DNA of 64,000 nt from Bacteroidia bacterium (GTDB lineage: Bacteria > Bacteroidota > Bacteroidia > M30B66): positions 4,000,001 to 4,064,000 of the forward strand of contig OZ257142.1 in assembly GCA_965279035.1 (NCBI GenBank). The letters run 5' to 3'. The notes under the pieces were generated by a model. That model made no database searches, was not told the origin of the DNA, and was given only the letters and a program-made list of their open reading frames with translations. This document shows, in pieces, positions 40,266 to 51,600 of the stretch. Every line of letters begins with the position of its first letter. Position 1 is the first letter of the stretch. Both the position numbers and the translations under genes were made by a program.

Positions 40266-41969
40266 ATGAGCAAAACCGCTAAACATCCTACCGGACTTTA
40301 CTTCCTCTTTTTCACAGAGATGTGGGAACGATTTGGTTATTATTTAATGCTGGGGATCTTCTCCCTTTACATGCTCGATAGCGCAGCAAATGGTGGAATG
40401 GGATTTTCACCCGCACAAAAATCAGATGTTTATGGTACGTATATAGGACTCGTTTACCTAACTCCATTTCTTGGAGGATTACTTGCAGATAGGATCTTAG
40501 GTTATCGAAGATCAATTCTCATTGGAGGATTGATGATGGCTGCTGGATACATTGGCTTGGCATTACCCGGTATCACCATGTTTTATGTTTCCTTGTTATT
40601 AATCATTGTTGGAAATGGGTTCTTTAAGCCAAACATCTCCACTTTAGTAGGAAACTTATATAACAACGATCAATATCGAATAAATAAAGATGCTGGGTTC
40701 AACATCTTTTATATGGGTATTAACGTTGGAGCATTTATCTGCAATTTCGTAGCTGCTTTTATGCGAATCAATTACGGTTGGGGCTATGCATTTGCTGCAG
40801 CCGGTGTTGGAATGCTCATCGGTTTGGTCATTTTCTTTTCTGGAACAAAGCACATCAAAGAAGCCGATGTTATTAAACCTCTTCATGAAGGAGATTTATC
40901 AACTGGTAAAATCTTAGCTACCGTTCTATTACCCATGTTCATCTTTGGTGTATTAGGCTACTTAATTCCAGGTAATATTTTTGGAACCGACACAAACGAT
41001 GCATTCCTGTTTGGTTGTCTACCTGTAATTTCATTCTTCATTTACTTGTTTGTCAAAGCCAATAAAGATGACAAAGGACCAATAGGAGCCTTACTTGCCG
41101 TTTATGCATGTATCGTAATTTTCTGGGCAGTATTTCACCAAAATGGAGATGCACTAACTGTTTGGGCTGAACAATACACAAATCGCGAAATGCCTGCTTC
41201 TGTTGGAACAGCTGCCGATAAAGTTGGAATGGCTCAGCTTGTTGTTCACTCCGATGCCGTTGATTTTGAAGAAGCGCGTTTCAAAACTTATATCGATAGT
41301 TTAGTTGTTCAAAAAGATTCACTCTCCAAATTAAAAGACATGGCTGGAGTGAAGAAAGTTGCTGAAACTATTGCTCTGGAAGAACATTCACGTAAGTATT
41401 TTGCAAACCTTCCTGTTTCACAAATACCACCAAACGGACAAAACCTAAAACTCTTTTCAGCAGAACTTTACCAATCTATCAACCCCTTTTGGGTGGTGTT
41501 ATTAACTCCTATTGTAGTTGGTTTTTGGGGATTATTAAGAAACAAGAAACGAGAACCATCTACTCCAACAAAAATTGCAATCGGACTTGTAATAACAGCA
41601 CTTTCAGCACTTGTTATGGTTGCTGCTGTTAAAACAACCGATATCGGAGCTGATAAAGCATCTAGTTTTTGGTTAATCGCAACGTATGGAGTTATCACTA
41701 TTGGTGAACTTTGTTTATCACCTATGGGACTTTCCCTTGTGTCGAAACTTTCTCCTCCGAGAATCACGGCACTCATGATGGGAGGATTTTTCCTTTCTAC
41801 TTCAGTCGGAAATAAACTTTCGGGTGTGATGTCGGGATTATGGGAGAAGTATGATGATAAATCCAACTTCTTCTTAACCAATTTCTTCTTAGTAATGTGT
41901 GCTGCCGTTGTGATGTTTATTTTACTTCGCTGGCTTAACCGTGTAATGCGCGAGAAGAATTTGTTTTAG
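40266..41969 (+). CDS. POT/PTR proton-dependent oligopeptide transporter
   Basis: EMWERFGYY, GNGFFKPNIS, FYMGINVG, GELCLSP. Confidence 0.95.
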   Translation: MSKTAKHPTGLYFLFFTEMWERFGYYLMLGIFSLYMLDSAANGGMGFSPAQKSDVYGTYIGLVYLTPFLGGLLADRILGYRRSILIGGLMMAAGYIGLALPGITMFYVSLLLIIVGNGFFKPNISTLVGNLYNNDQYRINKDAGFNIFYMGINVGAFICNFVAAFMRINYGWGYAFAAAGVGMLIGLVIFFSGTKHIKEADVIKPLHEGDLSTGKILATVLLPMFIFGVLGYLIPGNIFGTDTNDAFLFGCLPVISFFIYLFVKANKDDKGPIGALLAVYACIVIFWAVFHQNGDALTVWAEQYTNREMPASVGTAADKVGMAQLVVHSDAVDFEEARFKTYIDSLVVQKDSLSKLKDMAGVKKVAETIALEEHSRKYFANLPVSQIPPNGQNLKLFSAELYQSINPFWVVLLTPIVVGFWGLLRNKKREPSTPTKIAIGLVITALSALVMVAAVKTTDIGADKASSFWLIATYGVITIGELCLSPMGLSLVSKLSPPRITALMMGGFFLSTSVGNKLSGVMSGLWEKYDDKSNFFLTNFFLVMCAAVVMFILLRWLNRVMREKNLF

Positions 41970-42011
41970 TCTATTTTCATCCCAACCCAAAAAATTTAAA
42001 TTCAATAAACG

Positions 42012-43538
42012 ATGAGTACATTACTCGACGAGAACGAAATTCAATTGCCGAAAGAAGGGCCTGAAAATGCCGAACTAGCTGCCATCCGAAATTTCAAAGG
42101 ACAGTATCCTAAACAGCTTTGGTATCTGTTTTTTTCCGAAATGTGGGAACGTTTCTGTTTCTATGGAATGCGCGGAATGCTTACGGTATTCATGATCGAT
42201 AAGATTGTGGGATTAGGTATGGCCGAAGATGTTGCCAATCTCCAATATGGTGCAACCCAAGCTTTCGTATATGCTTTCACCTTTATAGGAGGTTTGTTTG
42301 CAGATAAAATATTAGGATTCCGCAAATCGCTTTTCTGGGGTGGATTACTCATGATTACTGGAAGTCTCATTTTGGCCTTCGATCCACAACACTTATTCTT
42401 TGTTGGAATTAGCTTTACCATAGTTGGAACAGGATTCTTCAAGCCGAATATCTCCACTATGGTAGGTGCATTATACCATTCCAACGATAGTCGAAGGGAT
42501 GCCGGATTCTCGCTCTTTTATGCTGGAATCAATATCGGAGCACTTTTGGGAGGATATGCTTGCGTTACCATCGCGAAAACCTATTCCTGGAACCTTGCTT
42601 TCGGTTTAGCTGCAATTGTGATGACGATCAGCTTGCTCACCTTCCTATTTACCCAAAAAAGCCTTGGACCAATTGGATTAAGTCCGATCAAACAATCGGG
42701 TAAAAAATGGTTCGAATATGCAACATACATTGGATCATTACTGGTGATACCGCTTATCATGGTTATGGTTGCAAAAACCGAATACACCGATTATTTCATG
42801 TACACCATTGGTCCTTGTACCTTGATTTATTTGTTTTATGAAATGTCGAAATACAGTGTTGAAGAACGTAAAAAGCTCTTTGCTGCTTTAATTTTCATCA
42901 TTTTCTCTATCCTATTTTGGGCATTCTTCGAACAAAGCGGTGGATCTTTAAACATCTTCGCGACCAACAATTTACATGGTGAACTTTTCGGATTCAAAGT
43001 CGATCCGAATGGAATTAACAATTCGGCCAATTCATTCTTCGTCATTGCTTTTGCGGCCCTTGTTGGACTACTTTGGGTTGGCTTAAGCAAAAGAGGGAAA
43101 GAACCCAATACCGTTGTAAAATTTGGACTAGGCTTTCTGTTCCTCGGGCTTGCATTCTTTGTCTTTTATGCAACACGCTTCTTTGCTGGTAGTGATGGAA
43201 AAACATCTCTTGAAGTATTTACGCTCGCTTATTTCATCATCACATTTGGTGAACTTTGCTTATCTCCAATTGGCTTGTCAATCATGACCAAACTATCACC
43301 TCAACCACTTCAAGGTGTGATGATGGGAATGTGGTTCTTAGCAAGTGCTTATGGACAATATGTAGCAGGTTTATTAGGTGCCGGAATGACAGCACCTGGA
43401 GAAAATGCAACAGCACTTGAGAAGTTAACATCGTACACAGGAGGATACCAACAACTGGCTATCTATGCTGTTATTTGTGGAGTGTTATTAATTGTGATTT
43501 CACCTCTCGTTAAGAAATTGATGGGTACAGTGAAATAA
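42012..43538 (+). CDS. POT/PTR proton-dependent oligopeptide transporter
   Basis: EMWERFCFYG, GTGFFKPNIS, FYAGINIG, GELCLSP. Confidence 0.95.
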   Translation: MSTLLDENEIQLPKEGPENAELAAIRNFKGQYPKQLWYLFFSEMWERFCFYGMRGMLTVFMIDKIVGLGMAEDVANLQYGATQAFVYAFTFIGGLFADKILGFRKSLFWGGLLMITGSLILAFDPQHLFFVGISFTIVGTGFFKPNISTMVGALYHSNDSRRDAGFSLFYAGINIGALLGGYACVTIAKTYSWNLAFGLAAIVMTISLLTFLFTQKSLGPIGLSPIKQSGKKWFEYATYIGSLLVIPLIMVMVAKTEYTDYFMYTIGPCTLIYLFYEMSKYSVEERKKLFAALIFIIFSILFWAFFEQSGGSLNIFATNNLHGELFGFKVDPNGINNSANSFFVIAFAALVGLLWVGLSKRGKEPNTVVKFGLGFLFLGLAFFVFYATRFFAGSDGKTSLEVFTLAYFIITFGELCLSPIGLSIMTKLSPQPLQGVMMGMWFLASAYGQYVAGLLGAGMTAPGENATALEKLTSYTGGYQQLAIYAVICGVLLIVISPLVKKLMGTVK

Positions 43539-43654
43539 TAAGGAATTAGACCTTCAAGAATGCCGGCTTACATCTGTTTGTCGGCATTTTTATTTTATTC
43601 AAATCCTTCGTTTCGACCTTTTTCCAATGTACTTTTAACTCTTCAATTGATTGT

Positions 43655-44176
43655 ATGAGGACACTACTATTCATTCTTTTCTTCCTTCCCAATTTGCTTC
43701 CTGCTCAAACAGAAAGCATTCATTGGATGAGTTTTACTGAAGCCATGGCAAAACGTCAAATGGCACCGAAGAAAATATTCATTGATATGTATACCGATTG
43801 GTGTGGCTGGTGTAAACGCATGGATGCAAATACATTTTCACATCCCGAAGTGATAAAATACATGAATCAACATTTCTATGCAGTCAAATTCAATACAGAG
43901 AAAGAAGGTCCAATAGCCGTTGGGGATACAACGTATAAACTCAATCCTCAATATGGCCGAAACGGTACACACGAACTTGCCGTTGAATTGCTCCAAGGTA
44001 AACTTTCCTATCCCACTTTTGTATTCTTAGATGAACGATTTAATTTGTTAAGCCCTTTACCAGGATATCAAACTCCTGATCAAATTGAGCCCGTTTTGCG
44101 CTTCTTCGCCGAAGGAATTTACCTAACAACTTCCTGGGCAGATTATCAGAAAAAGTTTGTGCCCTCTTGGAAATAA
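43655..44176 (+). CDS. Exported thioredoxin-fold protein (DUF255-like)
   Basis: Signal peptide, YTDWCGWCKRM, SYPT cis-Pro loop. Confidence 0.88.
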   Translation: MRTLLFILFFLPNLLPAQTESIHWMSFTEAMAKRQMAPKKIFIDMYTDWCGWCKRMDANTFSHPEVIKYMNQHFYAVKFNTEKEGPIAVGDTTYKLNPQYGRNGTHELAVELLQGKLSYPTFVFLDERFNLLSPLPGYQTPDQIEPVLRFFAEGIYLTTSWADYQKKFVPSWK

Positions 44177-44200
44177 GGAACAATTCTGAACCAACATAGA

Positions 44201-45187
44201 ATGAATGTAGACCTGAATTTGAATAAAACTCCAAGATCACTTCTCATATTTTATGTTCTGGTTTTATATGTTGTTTTTCAATTCTGTTGGTGGTATTACT
44301 TGCTTTTTCACCTCAACAATCAAATTTTCGATTTAAAAGCCAGTCTTACAGGGCTTATTCAAAAAGATGCAGGCAGCATAATTCAACTAAAATCGAAGCT
44401 CAGCCAGAAACAACGAATGATTTTTGGAGAAGGATTAGTATTTCTCCTTCTATTACTTCTTGGTATGTTGCAAACTAGGAAATCCTTTCGTAGAGAAAAT
44501 AGAGTTGCTCGTTTACAAAAAAACTTCTTGCTCTCAGTCACCCATGAATTAAAATCACCCATTGCATCTGTTAAACTTTACCTTCAAACGCTCGAGAAAA
44601 GAGATCTTGATCGATCAAAACAACTTGATCTAGTAAAGAAAGCCATTCAGGACACAAATAGACTCGATCTGTTGGTTGAGAATATTTTACTCGCTGCACA
44701 AATCGATAATCGAGTCCTAAAAATTCAACAGGAAACAATCAATCTCACAGAGTTTATTGAGAACTTCATTCATGAGTTTGAAGAGAAAAATGAAATCAAT
44801 ATTGAAGGTCAAAGAGAGGAAAACGTTCAGATAAAAGCCGATTCGCTCGCCTTACATTCTATCTTATTGAATATAACAGAAAACAGCTTAAAGTATGGAG
44901 GCTTAAGTCCAAAAATAGCTATTGAATTAAGGACTCAATTTGATCAAATTATCTTAAGAATATCGGACGAAGGAATTGGAATTAAAGAAGATGAAAGGGA
45001 ACGGGTTTTTGAAAAATTCTTCCGTTCTGGAAATGAAGAAACGCGACAAAGCAAAGGAACCGGTCTAGGACTTTATATTGTGAAATACTTAGTAAATCAA
45101 CAAAAGGGTTCAATTTCCGTTCTTCATAACACACCAAAAGGGAGTATTTTTGAACTCCGATTTAAAATAGTCGAATCTAATGATTGA
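44201..45187 (+). CDS. Membrane sensor histidine kinase
   Basis: Two TMs, H-box VTHELKSP, N-box ENSLKY, DEGIGI, FEKFFR, GTGLGL. Confidence 0.93.
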   Translation: MNVDLNLNKTPRSLLIFYVLVLYVVFQFCWWYYLLFHLNNQIFDLKASLTGLIQKDAGSIIQLKSKLSQKQRMIFGEGLVFLLLLLLGMLQTRKSFRRENRVARLQKNFLLSVTHELKSPIASVKLYLQTLEKRDLDRSKQLDLVKKAIQDTNRLDLLVENILLAAQIDNRVLKIQQETINLTEFIENFIHEFEEKNEINIEGQREENVQIKADSLALHSILLNITENSLKYGGLSPKIAIELRTQFDQIILRISDEGIGIKEDERERVFEKFFRSGNEETRQSKGTGLGLYIVKYLVNQQKGSISVLHNTPKGSIFELRFKIVESND

Positions 45188-46688
45188 GAAAAAAGTTGCC
45201 TTGCTAATTTTAGATGGTTGGGGTTTAGGAAATGGGACTCATTCGGATGCAATTGCGAATGCTTCAACGCCCGTTATGAGCCGATTATACCGAACAAATC
45301 CTTGGTCTAAACTGCGCACCGATGGACTAAACGTTGGATTACCTGAAGGACAAATGGGGAATTCGGAGGTTGGACACTTGAATATTGGTGCTGGTCGAGT
45401 TGTTTTTCAAGAGTTGGTTCGAATTAATAAAGCAATCGAAGAAAAAGCGATTGATCAAAATCCTGTTTTAATTGAATCCTTTCGTATTGCTCGAGAAGAT
45501 AATAAAACACTTCACTTCTTCGGTTTAGTGTCGGATGGCTGTATTCATTCTTCCGATAAACACCTTCATCACCTCATCGCATTGGCAGAGAAAAGCGGAG
45601 TAAAAAGATTTTACGTTCATGCCTTTACCGACGGAAGAGATACGGATCCTAAAAGTGGTTTTGGATTCTTGAAAACGCTTGAAAATAAATTAGAAGGGAC
45701 TCACGGTAAGTTGGCAACAATTGTAGGAAGGTATTATGCCATGGATCGTGATAAACGTTGGGATAGAGTGAAAATCGCTTACGATATGTTGGTTCATGGT
45801 ACTGCCGAACAATCCAGCGACTTGCTTCAAACATTGAACAATCGATACGATTCAGGTGAAACAGATGAGTTTATTAAACCGATCATATTGCAAGGTGAAA
45901 AGTGTACAATTCAACCAGGTGATGTAGTGATTAGTTTTAATTACCGAACCGATCGTTGTCGTGAAATCACGGAAGTGTTAACTCAAACGAATATGCCAGA
46001 AGCGGGTATGAGCACACTTCCATTGCATTATGTTACAATGACTAATTACGATGAATCATACAATGGAATTCAAGTTATTTTCCATAAAGATGATTTGTCG
46101 AATACCCTGGGAGAAGTCATTTCCAAGGCGAATAAAACGCAATTGCGAATTGCTGAGACAGAGAAATATCCGCATGTCACATTTTTCTTTTCTGGTGGAA
46201 GAGAATCTGCTTTCCAAGGAGAATCTAGAATTATGATTCCTTCTCCCAAAGTGGCTACCTACGATTTGCAACCCGAAATGAGTGCACCAGGAATTCGTGA
46301 TGCCATCATTGCTGATGTGGAAACCAATCAACCTGATTTTATCTGTCTCAATTTTGCCAATGCTGATATGGTTGGTCACACAGGTGTTTATTCAGCCATC
46401 ATAAAAGCAGTCGAAACAGTAGATTCATGTTTAGGTGATGTATTAAGTTGCCTCCACGATTATCATTATTCGGTCATTATTATTGCTGATCATGGCAATG
46501 CCGATTTTGTAGAAAATAACGATGGATCACCCAATACAGCTCATACAACCAATCCGGTTCCATGTATCTTAATTGATCCCGATAACAAGGAAATTAAAGA
46601 TGGTAAACTGGCTGATATTGCACCTACGATTTTAACCTTGATGAACATTCCAATTCCTGAAATCATGGATGGGAATGTGTTGATTTAA
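45180..46688 (+). CDS. gpmI: 2,3-bisphosphoglycerate-independent phosphoglycerate mutase
   Basis: LILDGWG, GQMGNSEVGH, DGRDT, GRYYAMDRDKRW, AETEKYPHVTFFF, NADMVGHTG, ADHGNA. Confidence 0.98.
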   Translation: MIEKKVALLILDGWGLGNGTHSDAIANASTPVMSRLYRTNPWSKLRTDGLNVGLPEGQMGNSEVGHLNIGAGRVVFQELVRINKAIEEKAIDQNPVLIESFRIAREDNKTLHFFGLVSDGCIHSSDKHLHHLIALAEKSGVKRFYVHAFTDGRDTDPKSGFGFLKTLENKLEGTHGKLATIVGRYYAMDRDKRWDRVKIAYDMLVHGTAEQSSDLLQTLNNRYDSGETDEFIKPIILQGEKCTIQPGDVVISFNYRTDRCREITEVLTQTNMPEAGMSTLPLHYVTMTNYDESYNGIQVIFHKDDLSNTLGEVISKANKTQLRIAETEKYPHVTFFFSGGRESAFQGESRIMIPSPKVATYDLQPEMSAPGIRDAIIADVETNQPDFICLNFANADMVGHTGVYSAIIKAVETVDSCLGDVLSCLHDYHYSVIIIADHGNADFVENNDGSPNTAHTTNPVPCILIDPDNKEIKDGKLADIAPTILTLMNIPIPEIMDGNVLI

Positions 46689-46702
46689 TCTATTAATTCA
46701 TA

Positions 46703-46746
46703 ATAATAAAAAGCCTCATAAATTCAATTTTATGGGGTTTTTTATT
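46703..46746 (+). terminator. Probable terminator after gpmI
   Basis: AAAAAGCCTCATAAA...TTTATGGGGTTTTT imperfect hairpin with T-run. Confidence 0.6.
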
Positions 46747-47061
46747 GATAGATTGAAAACTCCACTATGAAACACATGTGCTTTTATTTATATAAACTCA
46801 ATGCCGAATAGTCATTTTAGCTATTTCAATTGCAAATGATATTTCAATTGTAATTGAATACTATTTGAATTCTATATAATACTGCTAGTTCAATAAAATT
46901 AATGGAGTCAAACAATGATCATTAACAAAAAACGAATAGTTTCTGAAAGTTGTTTTTATTCATTAAAGGTTGATTTACAAAATGTAGCAATTCCAAAATG
47001 GTGATTTTTCATTAGATTTATCATACTGTTTTGAGCTTACCCAACAATTAAAAACCTAATC

Positions 47062-48474
47062 ATGAAATGCACTTTACTTTATTTCACCTTTTCAATTTTA
47101 TTGATAATAGGAACATCTAATCTTGTAGCACAAGTATATGTTGACCAAATTACTGTTACAAATACAGGAACAGATGGATATACATCTTGTTGTGGTTTAA
47201 ATCCAACAACGGATGATTTTTCGGCAAGCAAACGAATTACTTCAAGAGCACTTGGAGTTCCTCAAGCTTCTGATGCTGCTACACCAATAGCATCATATAA
47301 CTTTTACTCGATGGGATTTGGAGGAGAAGTTATTGTTAGAATGGGAAATGGATTCAATAATATAGCTGGCGAGGACCTTCAAATTCATGAAACATCTTTC
47401 GGCGCAATCTCAGCATGTTCTGGACTAAATCCCGATATGGTAAGGGTTTGGGTTTCTCAAGACAACTGCAATTATATACTTATAGGTGATTTCTGTGAGC
47501 AAGGTCCTAATCCAATCCTCATTAGCTTACCAGCTTATTTACCATGGGCTAGATTTGTGAAATTAAAAGATATAACCACTAACTTTAATACGATAGCAAC
47601 TGCAGGTCAAGATGGCTTCGACCTTGATGGATTAAAAGGCCTTTCAGCTAGATCTACAGCTCCTTCTTCCGGAAGTTCAATATATGGGGCAGCAGTAATT
47701 AGCTTTACTCAAGGATTGAATAAAAATGGAAGTGCTGTTGCTCTTTCATACAGTGATCCATCACGTGCTTTAGGAGCACCTCAACTAAGTGACTTGGCAG
47801 GAGCCCCAGTAAATTATGTGAGTCTAGGATTCGGAGGTTCTATTACTTTGGAAATGGACAGACTTGTTTTTAAACGAGCAACTGGTGGAGAAATTCAAAT
47901 TGCAGAAACAAGTACAGGAAGTCCAAGTTGTGCTTCCAATCCAGAACAAGCCAAAATATATACTTCGCTCAATGGAACTTCGTGGGTAACAATTGGAACT
48001 ATTTGTAGCGATGGACAATTAAGTATTCCAGCATCTTCCGGACTTTTGACAACTACGGGGCAGTATGCATTTAGATTCATTAAAATTACAGATGTTTCAA
48101 ATTCAGCATCGTTTAGTAGCAGCACGGCGAATGGGTTCGACTTGGATGGTGTTGTTGGACAAACATGCTCAACATCTGCAAAGCTTGCTGATTCTTCAGA
48201 GGAATTTGAATCAGAACAAATCCAATTGGAAAATGAGGGTATTGCATTATTCCCCAATCCATCGAATGGTTTATTTACAATAAAAACTAATTCTATAAAT
48301 GCTAATGGTGTGATTCGAGTATATACTACTTCAGGTGCACTAATAATAGAAAAACGTCTCACTGGAATTGAGGAAAATATTCAATTATCAATTCAAGATT
48401 TTCCGGTTGGACTATATCTAGTTTCTTATCAAAATGGCGAAAAACAATTTATTAGTCGTTTAATAAAAAATTAG
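47062..48474 (+). CDS. T9SS type A cargo with two tandem beta-rich domains
   Basis: Signal peptide; duplicated RALG.PQ.SD...S(M/L)GFGG...ETS.G...GFDLDG domain; type A CTD LFPNPSNG...GLYLV...SRLIKN. Confidence 0.82.
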   Translation: MKCTLLYFTFSILLIIGTSNLVAQVYVDQITVTNTGTDGYTSCCGLNPTTDDFSASKRITSRALGVPQASDAATPIASYNFYSMGFGGEVIVRMGNGFNNIAGEDLQIHETSFGAISACSGLNPDMVRVWVSQDNCNYILIGDFCEQGPNPILISLPAYLPWARFVKLKDITTNFNTIATAGQDGFDLDGLKGLSARSTAPSSGSSIYGAAVISFTQGLNKNGSAVALSYSDPSRALGAPQLSDLAGAPVNYVSLGFGGSITLEMDRLVFKRATGGEIQIAETSTGSPSCASNPEQAKIYTSLNGTSWVTIGTICSDGQLSIPASSGLLTTTGQYAFRFIKITDVSNSASFSSSTANGFDLDGVVGQTCSTSAKLADSSEEFESEQIQLENEGIALFPNPSNGLFTIKTNSINANGVIRVYTTSGALIIEKRLTGIEENIQLSIQDFPVGLYLVSYQNGEKQFISRLIKN

Positions 48475-48564
48475 TTTTTCCATTAGAAAATAGTTGAATT
48501 GCATTTTATAAAAACAAACCAGAATGCATATTTCTTAAAGACTTTCCTTAAAGAAAATACAATG

Positions 48565-48602
48565 AAAAACCCCCGTAAAGAATAACTCTACGGGGGTTTT
48601 TA
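48565..48602. terminator. Bidirectional terminator between convergent genes
   Basis: AAAAACCCCCGTA...TACGGGGGTTTTT. Confidence 0.85.
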
Positions 48603-48621
48603 TTATAGTTAAACAAGATAT

Positions 48622-51600
48622 TTATCGAAGCAGTACAACAGTTCCTTCGTAATTGGTCTTTATGCCACTTCGTTGAGTTGCATCAATTTTATAAATGTAA
48701 ACTCCACCATCACAAACATTGTCTTTTAGCAAGGTTCTTCCATCCCAACCATTTTCCATATCGTACGAAGAATATAACAATTGACCCCAACGATTGTAAA
48801 TAAGCATTTGGAATTCAGTTACATCTTCACCATAAACACGGAAGAAATCATTGTAACCATCGTTGTTTGGTGTGAAAGCAGTTGGAACATATACTTTATA
48901 TCCAAGTTCAACTATGGCTTGTTTCGTTAATGAATCGCGACAACCAAATGTTGTAGTAACTACTTGACGAATATCATAAATTCCAGAATCAGGGAAAGTG
49001 TATCGTGTGTCGGCTTGGTATATATAAGCAGTATCATCAACAACGTAAAAAACTTCATCACCACCTTGAGAAAGATCAATGAAATCCATTTCTGGTTTGG
49101 TTATGTATACGATTTCAGGATTAAGAGCAAAATCGGCATTAGGAGTTGGATAAATACGAATCATTTCATTGATAAGATAAGTATTTGAACAACCTTTCTC
49201 GGAAGTAATAGTTAAAGAAACATCATAAACTCCTGGATCATTATAGAGAACCGTTGGATTATCTATTTCTGCACCTCGTCCATTTCCAAATGACCAAACT
49301 CGTGTCTTAATTGGATCATCTGATTCACTTAGATTGGTAAAATTGATCACTTTAGGATCGCAACCAACAAAAAAGTCAGAAATGAAATTGGCAACAGGCA
49401 TTTTATAAACCATTACTGGAGCCTGATACAAATTACTTTCACAACCGCGGTCGGTAATGGTTAAACGAACAATTTGTAAACCAGTTGAGTTATAAATAAT
49501 GTCTTGAGGACTTTCTAATGTTGAAGTTGCATTATTTGCCCAAGGACCAAATTCCCATGCAAAAGTTGCATTGGCTGAATAATATCCATCTGCATCAAAA
49601 TTAAACGAATTCCCTTCAAAACATGCAGGATTTGGAGCTATAAATGAGGCAATTGGTTGAGGATTGACTGTGATAACAACTGTGTCTTTTGTTGAACAAA
49701 TCTGGTCGGTAGTAGTCACTATGTATGTGTAATCGGTTGGTTGACCAGACATGTTTGAAATAGTAGCTGTAGGGTTAGAAATTGTTGAAAAATCTAAACC
49801 TCCTATAGGGGACCAAGAATAAGTATAACCTGCAACTGGAGGAGCTCCAATTGCAGCAGGTTCAAGTGAACAAACAATCAAATCAGATCCAGCATTTGAA
49901 ACAGGTAATGCAATAACTACTGGAGTGATAGAACCAATTGCCGAAGAACAACCATGCTCTGTAATTACAAGTGAATATTGTCCAGCATCAGTTAATTGAG
50001 CATTGGTAATTGAAATATTTTGAGTTGCTGCACTAAAACTTCCAGGACCAGTCCAAGCATAGGTTGTTCCTACAATTGGAAGCGGTGCAGGCCCTGTAAT
50101 AGTTAGGGTTGTATTTTCACATACAGGTGAATTCGAAATTAAAACTGGAGTTGTTGGAATTGGATAAATATTGACTGTAGTTGAACCAGCTAAACTCCAA
50201 CATCCATTAACCTGAACACGTAATGTATACACACCTGACATAGAAGATGTAACGGCATTCACTGTTGCATTTTGATTGGAAGATATAACCGTTCCAATTG
50301 GATTCTTCCATTCATAAGTTGCTCCAGCAATAGCTGGAACATTCAATTGAAGATTATCGCCATCGCATAATGGACCATTATTCGTTGGAACAGGTGTAGT
50401 TGGATATGGATTGATAACAGCTGTAGTTGAACCAGGTAAACTTGGACAGGAGTTTACACTTACAATACAAGAATAATTTCCATTTGCGGCATTGGCAGCA
50501 GCTGCAATTGATGGATTTTGCAAGGAAGATGTAAATGAATTGGGACCAGACCAGCTGAAAGTACCTCCAGCATAGTTGTTACTTGTAAAGTTCAAGGGTG
50601 TTCCTTCGCAAACAGGGCCGCTATTGGAAAGAGTCGGAGTTGCAGGTGTCGCAAAAACAAACACATTCACCGAACTGATACTTGAACAGTTATTAATTGG
50701 ATTAAGCGCAGTTACCTGATAAACTCCAGCCATAGCAGGCGTTACATTAGTCAGTACCGGGTTTTGAAGGTTTGATGCAAATCCATTAGGGCCAATCCAA
50801 GTATATTGACCATTATCAACATTACTTGCTGTTAAAGAAACATTTTGTCCTTCGCATGCAGGACCAGATACTCCCGCCTGAACAGGGCACTGAGAACAAG
50901 AAGCTGGTGCATTATAATTTCCAATCGCTGCGCAGGTATTATCATCAGAAAATACGACAGTTAATTGTTCCGCATTTCCGTTTGATGATAGATTGGTGAA
51001 ATTGTAATTTACGGAAGTCGCAAATGGTGCATTAAAACTGAGGAATCCACCAGATGAATTTGTAATTGTTAATGAACCAGTAGAAGGTGGATTTGTAAAA
51101 TTGATTGTACCGGCTAAAATATAAGTATTGGTTGTTGGATCACAAACAGTTGGAGCTGGTGTAGCATCTACACTACAAAAAATACTACAGTCGGTTGAGC
51201 CTGTTCCTCCATTTTGTTGAAAATTAATATTCGTTGCTAGATTCGAAAAATTTGTAAGAAGTAAAACATAATATTCTCCAGCTTGAGCATTCGCAATTGA
51301 ACAATTTTCAGTAGCTGAAGCAGAGTAGCTACAATCAATTACGTTAGTAGCATTTGCTGCCCATACAGGATCTAATACTTGAGTACAAACACCATTGGTC
51401 CATTGTGTTTGAGAAAACGGTCCCCAACAAATAAAGTCGACATCAAAACCTGAAGTGATTTGTAAGTCAATTGGTCCTGTATTCTGAACCTTCATAAAAT
51501 ACCAAGCTGGATTTGGAGTAGAACCTAGGCAACTAATACCTCCTCCAAATTCTGATTGTGTTCCTGTAGCTGCAGGAAAGGTAATACCCCCAGCTACATC

